A DNA stretch of 64,000 nucleotides from Haliotis rubra (lineage: Eukaryota), in assembly GCF_003918875.1 (NCBI RefSeq), contig NW_025765736.1, forward strand, positions 1,364,001 to 1,428,000. Direction: 5' to 3'. The position numbers and the translations under genes are program-made. How positions within the stretch are numbered: position 1 is the first letter of the stretch; each line of letters starts with the position of its first letter. The notes under the pieces were generated by a model. The model saw only the letters and a program-made list of their open reading frames with translations. It did not search any database and was not told the origin of the DNA. This document shows, piece by piece, positions 39,479-49,128 of this stretch.

Positions 39479-40794
39479 TGTTGAAAATAGGCATGCATCT
39501 TACGGCCATTGTATTTGACTATGATTATCTCGGACACAGTCAAATACATTTTTGTGTTTAAAAACAAGTTCAAATGTTGACATCTTGGCTCAACGCCATT
39601 TGAAAATAGCGGCTCCGAATACAAATTAACCCTTTACATATGTACAGTGAGTAAGGGACTTAAAATTTAAAATTTCATTGGCATTTCAGACATATCGTGA
39701 ATATGAAAGCTATATATTGATAAATATCATTCTTAACGATAATAATACTTGTCAACAAAGGACAGTAAAATAACTAGAATATCACATATTTATATTAAAA
39801 ACAAACAAGTAACATTTCAGGTTAATGGTGAAGGAGTACGTATATACTCAGAGATGTTGTGATCCTAACAGTAAAGAAGAAGGGGGGTGGACAAAATCCC
39901 AACTGGACAAAATGCCATAGCACCAAATTTCTTTGCACTTTAGACAAAATCCCACACCAAACTAACAAACAAAGGACAAAATCCTATTTATTTTAATCAT
40001 GTTTTTTTTATGACAGAGGCCAGTGAGCTAAGTATATAGTAGAATGTTTTGATGTTTTCACGAATGAGTTAAAAGAGAGTTATCAATAAAACTCTCTTCC
40101 TTATATGTGTATCACTTCCAAATGCCATTCAGTTCTATAACATGGCATAAAATGCACACACCTTTGACAAAATATCAGAGATGGCTGGGTCATAAGTAAA
40201 AAACGAGCGACAATTTACGAAACCGTATTTTGCATATACAGAAAGTGAGGCAGTTCCCACCTAAGACTAACATTTCATCACAGAAATGATGTATATATAT
40301 TAACCTAGAATATAATTAGAAGCGACAAAACCCTTTCCACATTCATAAGAAATCTCTGCTAAAAGCAGAGTCGATTGTGACTGTCATGAGCATATACTTG
40401 TTTCAGCCTTACAGACGCATGATGTTGTTTGTAAACAAATTGCGTCTGGACCAGACAATCCAGTGGTTGTCACCATGCGATACGATGAAAGAGCATGTGT
40501 TTATGAATCACTATGAAATAGTGATGATACCAGGTGTTCGCGAAAAGATGGTTATAATCGGAACAGGGCTAAGGTAATCAAGATTCGTCTCTGATTGGGT
40601 CTGAAAATACATGTGGCATTTTGGTGAATTTTACAATACTGTGATGCTGACGTATTCCATATATTGGGTGGTAAACCACAAAGAACGTTCAGTTCCCCTC
40701 CAAAAGTGTTTACTCACTGGAATAAAGCCGGCGACGAATACATCAGTGTCACCTTCAAATAAAACATTTTGCCGATGTGTTGCATTTCAAAACA

Positions 40795-41123
40795 CAATAC
40801 CCCAGCCAACATTCCTCCACTCTCACAGTCATCAGCCCGCTATAAAACCCCGTTGATGATGTTGTGACACGCCGGAACAATGACAGTGACGGATGGCGGG
40901 CACGAGGTGTCAAGTCGACAAGCGCCATCGACGCCCATCGTTATTGGATACATCCACTCAACCATGGGCAACACAACCACCATTAGCTCGGAGCGCTCCT
41001 CTCGGTAAAATGTCTCCCGTTATCTCGCGTGTGTACTATCGTCACGTGTGCCGTGATAAGAGGGCAAGTGCACTGATTTAGTGTCACGTGATCCTATTAG
41101 GGGAAGTCCCGTGGGGAATCCCC
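40795..41123. promoter_or_regulatory. Module E plus diverged module A (unit 5)
   Basis: ~170 bp almost identical to 48848-49015, followed by GGGCAAGTGCACTGATTTAGTGTCA and two kB-like sites. Confidence 0.6.
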
Positions 41124-42687
41124 GACACTGACAGTTGCAGATAATGTTTATCACACAAGTGTCAGTCGACTGGGGGAACTTTAAATGTCCTATTAATTGT
41201 TAGATGATGCGAAATTCGAGCTTCATTTAATAAACATTATGGCTCACCTTTTGTAACCTGCAGCTAGGGACATATTTAATAAAATAAATCATCCACATTA
41301 TGTAATTCGATCCACAATCGATCACACTATATATATATATTATATATAAAAATCCATTTAAATTGAAAAGGAGTCCCAGTCAGATGGGAAATTCAAAACC
41401 TGAGGGAATCTAGACTTGCTTCTTTTGGGGTTTTAGGGAGGGCTAGGCAGTAGGGAAAATATTGTGGTTCAGGGACGGAGACAGACCACTCATTCTCCAC
41501 CCATCCTCAGCCAGATGGTTGAAAAAATTGTATGCTGTTGAGTTCCCTACACTTGAAAACTGGATTTGACCAAAGCTTACATACCGTTACGTAACGTTAC
41601 TAGGCTGTAGCGTTAATCGTTTTGGTCCAAACCCCATCTATGATATCCGTGTGAAATATGCTGACGTACAAAAGAAAGTACACATCATTTTAGGGGGATT
41701 ATTTTCGAAAACACCGATCTTGATACACGTCACAAACAATGTGAACATCACATTATGTACACTAAATGTTCTGACTGGGAGAATAATAACACAGTACAGG
41801 TGTGTACTTCTATGTACGTCAGTGTACACCACCATCTAATAACTATTCCATGTTTGTTTTACCTTCAACCACCATCAATCGTAGAAGCACATTTTCTTTT
41901 GGACTGCTATATAATGTTTGTATTTAACTTTAAGCATAACTTAAATCCATGTTTGTCAACGATCTGGAGTTGAGTTATCGCCATGTTCATACATCTGATA
42001 AAAACAAATCCATTCCAAGCTCCTTGCAGCTCGTTCTAGGGTTCCTTTGTAGCATAATGCTATTAACCCATGCAAAGAGACGAAAGAAACTTTACCTCTG
42101 TGTTTCATTTCATCATGATAACTGAAAATATCAAAGTTTCGACATAATATCTCAGATATGAGGATATTACCCTATTGAACCATTTACCTCATTTTGCCAC
42201 AAAAATCCCAACCACAGACTGTTGCATGATTGAGTGAGTGAATTTAGTTTTACGCCGCTTTTCGCAATATTCAAGCAAGATCACGGCGAGAGATACCAGA
42301 AATGGGATTCACACACTGTACCCATGTGGGGAATCGAACCCGGGTCTTCGGCGTGACGGGCGAGTACTGTAACAAGTAGGCTACCCCACTGCCCCGTTGA
42401 ATGAATGAGTGGTATGTATTTACAGTTTTCAGTTACATACAAAACACAAACTGGTATACGTTTCCCCTCAGATTTAACCAACATGTTTTGTGGTAAATAC
42501 ACCCTAGCTTAGATATGGGAATAAATATACATCAACGTACTATGAATGGAATTATTCATTTTGATCTATTTGTATTCAACGCGATTTCATGCAGTGAAAG
42601 AAAATGGCATTTGATCACTGATACAACATCCCCATACAGTTTGTGGTTGTCTGTGACATGTTCCGTTGGTGATGATATCAAACTTAA

Positions 42688-42853
42688 CTGACTGAATGAG
42701 TTTGGTTTTACACCGCTTTTAGCAATATTCCAGCAACATCACGGCGGTGGACACCAGAAATGGGCTTCACACATTGTACCCATGTGGGAATTCGAACCCG
42801 GGTCTTCGGCGTGACGAGCCAACGCTTTAACCATTAGGCTACCCTACCGCCCC
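42688..42853 (-). mobile_element. tRNA-derived SINE family 1
   Basis: Full length; 14-bp TSD GATATCAAACTTAA. Neighbouring copies at ~42230-42395 and 42990-43124. Confidence 0.9.
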
Positions 42854-43215
42854 GATATCAAACTTAAGTCTATAGTCTCCATATGTACGAGCGGTTCGAA
42901 CCGGCATTCTCGGCTGGAACGCACAAACTACTGGATTAGCTGTTTCCTCTGTGACTCTGTGAGAAACCTAGAGAAAAGATATGTAAGGTTTCAGCAATTT
43001 TCCTGCAATATCACGGCGGGGGACACCAGAAATGGGATTCACACATTTTACCCATGTGGGGCATTGAACCCGGGGCTTCTGTGTGACGAAGAAACGCTTT
43101 ATCTACTGGGCTACCCCACCGCCCTCAAAATATATATAGAACAATAAATCAGTGTAGCGTTAGATTTTATTCAGGTATCACAGATTATGGCACTTTATAG
43201 AGACAGCAACACTCA

Positions 43216-44189
43216 TCACCAGGGCCTCCATGGAACTTGTTGCTCCGTCTTGATTTGTTGGGAGTAAGACCACGTGCTCTGGAGCCACGCCCTAACTCTC
43301 GAGTCATCAAAGTTTTTATGGATTCTGCTTGACTCCATTTTACAGAGTTCTGAATCTGAGAGATTGGAAGGGTGATAGTGTCCAGTTCTGTGGGTGGACT
43401 GTTTGGTAATATCAGGAGAACCAGCATATCCACTGTCTGAGAAGCTGGTGTCTTCCTTCACAGGGGAAGTGTCCACTGTCCCGCTCATGTACGCATGTGC
43501 AGCCGGATGTGGATACTGGGAATTGTGGGAAGGTACTGGATTCAATCGTTCGTAGCACTGACTCGTGTATGACATCACATCCTCTGTTGATGACGTCACG
43601 GGCACCTGCTGAATGTGTGTCATACGTCGAGAGATGTGTTTTCTCAGCTGACGATGTACATTGTCCGACACTCCCGGCACAGACTGGATGTAGGAGAGGA
43701 TTTCTTCAGCACATTTGGAGAAGCCATGTTGGAATTTGGCTTGAACTGCTTCTTTCACGTGTTGATGTGTTGTGTTGATCTTCCTGACATTCCTCAGATA
43801 ATCTACAGTCGTCTCCAGAATCTCAGCCTTCTCCATCTTGTCATAGTTGGGGTCCTGGGGAAAATGGAAGAATAACTATAAGTACATGTTGTGTGGAGGG
43901 TATACAATCATAGTAACTGTAAAAATATGACTCCTATAGTAATTGTATTTAATTTTTTATATAATAAACCAAAATACTTAAGTGAAATTATCAAGGTATT
44001 AAGAAATATTACACAATATTTGACTTTAAAAGTTCCACTTACATTTTGTTGTTGCGCCCCACAGACAATTCTTTTGATGTCCAATAAACTCTGGTTGATT
44101 CTGGCTCGTCGGCGCTTTTCTGCCATCAATTTTCGGTCCTTTCTCCCTCCCATATTGTCCGATTCCGTGTATCTGTCGAATGATTCCAT
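43216..44189 (-). CDS. Hes: Hes family bHLH-Orange repressor, copy 6 (~261 aa; two exons, 44043-44189 and 43216-43854; intron 1 absent)
   Basis: MESFDRYTESDNMGGRKDRKLMAEKRRRARINQSLLDIKRIVCGAQQQN is continuous, followed by one GT-AG intron, then DPNYDKMEKAEILE...WRPW*. Confidence 0.95.
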
Positions 44190-44516
44190 GACTGAGGTGT
44201 GTTCAGCTCTGAGAGGCAAGTTGGTGTGATGGAACGCTGCCTCTCCGACCCGCTTTTATACCCCCCGACATTCCCCTACCCACGCTAATCTATGCACAGT
44301 TATGTTTTGACATCTGAATTGCCCGGCGCGATCCGATACACGCAGCCAATCAGCGCACGCCTTGGTAAGTGGTGGCACGCGCCGGCTCGCGTTAAACTTC
44401 ACCAGGAGACAGATGTTCTTCTCATGACCCGACAACGATGATATTCGTCAGGAGCACCGGCCATCTTGCTTAGCGTGACACGAGGAGTTACGTGGACGAG
44501 CACCCGACCTTTCAAC
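44190..44516 (-). promoter_or_regulatory. Hes copy 6 proximal promoter
   Basis: Same block; TGGCACGCGCC at 44373-44383. Confidence 0.8.
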
Positions 44517-45440
44517 AAGTATTATTTGTAAATTTCTACTGAGAACGTGTCCCGTTGTGCCGTCACTGAGAATCTAACGTTCCGACATGCCGTTATTTTC
44601 ACCTTTGGTTTGAGACTTAACGGAAAGTGCGCGAAACGCATCTTCCTATTTTTAAGTAGATGAAAACATTTACCATTGACAAAGTTAAGCTTTTACATCA
44701 ATTTCAACCACGACATACGAGTGAAATTTTGTTGTAGGCTGCCGTCAGCTCTCAGCAAACTCTGACTTAAAAAATTATAGAAAAATATATAGAAAGGGTC
44801 AATTTTCGTGTGTTACTTGACCGCGCAGTGCAACCGTTTGTATGCATGAGACATACATTATTATTATTAAAAATTATTTTTACAGGCATACTGTTCACAA
44901 TCATCGTCGGATAAATTGTAATTTGTATACTACTTATAATATAATTTGTTTGGAGAACTGTTGCCACATTACGTTATCTTTTAGGCCAATGAAATACGTT
45001 TAAACGAAAAAAGAAATTGCTAATTTCGTGAGTAGGATGGTCAGAACGAAACTGACACAGAAAAGCCTCTAATGACAAAGTTTATGACTTTGGAGAAAGT
45101 TTTACTGCGGTAGCAAATACTTGGAAAATCTTGTCTGTAGACATTTCATTACTATTTGATGTACTGAAGGTACTGACATATTTACATGCCAGAGTAAAGC
45201 CTTAAAAGATTACTACGTCACTGATATAACTACGCCCATATTAAATCCATATTGTTTTGAACTTCCCCTTCATCCACTCCTTTCTGTTTATCAAAAGACC
45301 TATATGAAGAAAGTCTTTCACAGGTTCTGAATTTCCCATCTTACTGGGGCTCCTTTTGTCAAATTAAAATAACATATTTGTTTATATCAAAAGTATATTG
45401 ATGCAGAGACTAAGCACAAGTCTACCCTTATTATTCTATG

Positions 45441-45442
<2 letters not shown>

Positions 45443-45491
<49 letters not shown>
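45443..45491. repeat. (TA)n microsatellite
   Basis: Seen directly; also (TGA)n at 20512-20544 and (AC)n at 27180-27202. Confidence 0.9.
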
Positions 45492-45492
<1 letters not shown>

Positions 45493-46479
45493 CCTATTTT
45501 TACATTTGAAATAAACACACATGAGCAAATCCATATAAAACATGTCTACTTTTGTTAAACCCATGTAGCACTCGCAATGGCAACAAGGAGGCGATTTAAT
45601 CCTAATTAATCCTGTTAATCAGTCGCCAAGTTAATTAAGTAACAACACCTTGTTAGACTCAACAGACTAGTGTCACGGTAGTCACAGTACTGCACTAGGT
45701 TCACACGTCGCCTAATATAGCAATGATTTGTCATAGAAACGAAAACTACTGAAACCTATATGGCCACGGACAGCTGGATCAATTCCACCGGAGGGTCTTG
45801 TTAAATATCCAATCTCTCAGCAGCAGCAACAATGTCAGTTTCGAAATTTCGGTTTATGGATTCGATAACCGGCAACAACATGGTTCAACTATACATAGTT
45901 TGAAATATGTTTATGTGTTTTTGATAGATTTCAAATTTTAGATTATTGCCCTCACCTGCACGAACACACACACACACACACACCACACACACCCACACCA
46001 CACGCACGCACGCACAGACAAACACACGCGTGTGTGTGTGTACCTTGTGATCGAATTGTTATTTAACGTCATATTGAACTGTTTGTTTACCTCGTGATCG
46101 AATTATTCCGTTGTGTCATATCGAACTGTTTGTTCAGGGTGATTGAACTCCTTCAAAATTGTGGAAATGAAAAGATCACGTGGAATTTTTATATGAAACG
46201 TTTAAATCTTTAAGTTATATTTTCCAAATGACACATGACCATTTGTTTGACTGTTTTTAACACCACCACTTGACTAGGCCTAAATTGGGTTCAACGTGAC
46301 TTTGGCGGGAGTTATTTCCAAAACAGTCATTATTTTTGTGTCGATATGTTTCAGGTTCAGCACGCTGGAGTGGTCTCCGTAAAATACATGTCAGTACAGA
46401 CGAAGTGAAATCTGGCAGATCCTGAACCCTCCAGACCGTAAACTGTAAACATTTCCGTGTCAGATCAACAGTTCAATTG

Positions 46480-46700
46480 TATGATAATTGCTATCAAATG
46501 TATGATAAATAGCCCGAATACGGAAAGTCGTTAGTGTCAATTCCGCCGGATAATATCCCCGTTAATTAATCCCGCTTGGCGGCGACTGGGGGTTTAATCA
46601 TGTCACGTGACCCAGCACCATCTGGGCCAAGATTCGTGAAGCGGGACGCTACAGCAAGCACGTGCATGTGTACGGCTAGTGGTCAACACGTGACTGGACG
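46480..46700 (+). promoter_or_regulatory. Diverged module C, unit 6
   Basis: AAGTCGTTAGTGTCA...CCGTTAATT followed by CCGCTTGGCGGCGA (46572-46585) at the CTCF-motif position; several CACGTG. Confidence 0.45.
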
Positions 46701-47873
46701 TTGGTCAATTAGTGTCATCGACAGTTTGTTATGCGATGGAATGTTTGCAGCAGAAACTGTCAGGTCGAAGGGTTCCTTTCGAATGTAACGTCCTCACCTG
46801 CTGAATATATCGTTGTCACCAGCTGAATCATTCATCGTCACCTGCTAACATATCCACCCAGAAATATAGTACACTGTTCTCTGGATCCCCCGTAACGTCA
46901 AAATATCTAAAAGATCTACCTTTTATATATGCAGACAAATATTCACTTCATTTTTTGCCTTTTTCTGCCGAAACTGAAAACAATAAATCTTTGGTTTAGT
47001 TTGTATTATCTTTATAATTTCGTTTATTTTTCGTCAAATTGGATAGCATTTAGTTTTTTTTATCAATATATAGTCAACATTTATGTTATAGCTTATGATA
47101 TTTAGTCAATACTTCATTGATATTTTGTTTATATACTCATGCCAATAATGGTTGTCACCCCCTTCAATTTTTTTAATTGGAGAGGGGGTAGGGGTGTGGA
47201 GGGGGGTGACAACCATTATTGGCATGAGTATACTTAGTGAGTGAGTGAGGTTAGTTTTACGCCGCAATCAGCAATATCGTTTATACTTAGTGAATATTTA
47301 GTTAATTGTTAGCGAATATTTCTTTTATTAGTTAAAATTTAATAACTGGGTTCATAAATATCTTATGTCAATGTTTCCAAAGTTGAAGCGTTGGACTTGG
47401 TTAAAGGTTCAAGCGTTTGCTGGTCACACCGGAAGCGTGGGTTCGAACTCACATGTGTGTACAATGTTCGAAGCCCATTTCTGGTCTTTCTATAAGCGGC
47501 ACAAAACAGTCTTCATTTATTTGAATAATCGTTAACTAGAGCGTCTAGAAAGGATTTCCAGAAAGGATCTCGTATAATGGGCATATGTGTTTTTAATTAT
47601 GTTCATTTACACTAATTTAATCAAGTTTAGTATATAAATTTTGGTCGTTGTTTGGATTATGTCTATGTTTTGTTTTGTTTTTTAAATTTAAACCTTTTCA
47701 GTTCGTTTGCGAAATTTATCACAGTGAGTCAGCCAGCCTGATATCGAACGTTTAAAAATACAACCATCTGGTTTATGCGTGTTTATTCCATGGAAAATGA
47801 ACATATACTTGGTAGGAAAAAATACAAGCTTTGCTGGTTTATTTAAATGCCTCTCCGGATAGCATCGTTTACA

Positions 47874-48039
47874 CTGACTGACTGAGTTTGGTTTTACGCC
47901 GCTTTTAGCAATATTCCAGCAACATCACGGCGGGGGACACCAGAAATGGGCTTCACACATTGTGCCCATGTGGGGATTCGAACCCGGGTCTTCGGCGTGA
48001 CGAGCCAACGCTTTAACCATTAGGCTACCCCACCGCCCC
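47874..48039 (-). mobile_element. tRNA-derived SINE family 1
   Basis: Full length; 13-bp TSD AGCATCGTTTACA. Further copies or fragments at ~34160, 37140, 49285, 59228, 62245 and 63062. Confidence 0.9.
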
Positions 48040-48372
48040 AGCATCGTTTACATGCTACATAGAGTCAAGGAAAACAGTAAAAAACAAAATCATCAGAAAT
48101 AATGCTCATATACGAGTGGGTATAAAATAATGCCCACTGAATTGATCAAGCAGTGACACAGGGGTTTAGGTACCTGTATGCTATATGGTATTTTTCCAAA
48201 TGCTTCAAATTAAACAAATCTGTATAAATACTTATATAAGCCTCGACAATCAGGCGCCCGCCTGGGATAAGTGGAAGTGTCCTGGTGTCGCTGATAGTGT
48301 TACAAGTAAACACTTGACTTAAACTTATTTAATCCAGTGTTTATAACTATTCTTGTATGAATGAAACGCGTG

Positions 48373-48600
48373 TGGTTGATCGCCCCGTCCGACACAGCGG
48401 AGTAAGTCCATTAGTGTCAACACCCTCAACACTTGCCGCCATTATAACACTACAAGGGTACCACATATCATTATGACGTCACGCTGAGATCCGTAACGTA
48501 ACGTCATTGTTCACCGCCACCCATCCAGTGATGGAGATTGTTTGTAATGGTCAGTCGGGTGAAGAACCCGCCAGGCTGGACAAAACAGCTGATAGTTAAC
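48373..48600. promoter_or_regulatory. Conserved distal module B, unit 6
   Basis: CCATTAGTGTCAACAC...TGACGTCA (48474-48481)...CATTGTTCAC...CCATCCAGTGATG. Confidence 0.65.
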
Positions 48601-48847
48601 AAATTCGATGAAACGAGATTGAGTAATTGACAACTATATTACAACAGAAAAGAAGAAAGAGCTTGTACATTTTATCATCCCTGATGAAACGACTACGGTC
48701 ATTTTATTGCAGCTGAATGTAGCAAGCCTTGGTTTTTATTCGCCCAGACAAAATTCTACTCGCCTCGGGCCGAGCGTTAATTTTTATCACTGAAAGGGGT
48801 GCGTTTCAGTGCCACAGCTAAGATCCACAAGTTGAAATGTTAGTCTC

Positions 48848-49128
48848 AATACCCCAGCAAACATTCCTCCACTCTCACTGTCATCATCCCGCTATAAAAC
48901 CCCGTTGATGATGTTGTGACACGCAGGAACAATGACAGTGACGGATGGCGGGCACGAGGTGTCAAGTCGACATGCGCCATCGACGCCTACCGTTATTCGA
49001 TATATTCACTCAGCCAGGTATTTTAACTTCCATTAGCTCAAAGCGCCCCTATCTGAAATGGCCTCCTGGTATCACGTGACACTTGGGTCCCCACGCTCAA
49101 CGGGCACCTGCACTGATTTAGTGTCATG
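48848..49128. promoter_or_regulatory. Module E plus diverged module A (unit 6)
   Basis: Paralog of 40795-41092; GCACCTGC at 49104-49111. Confidence 0.6.
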
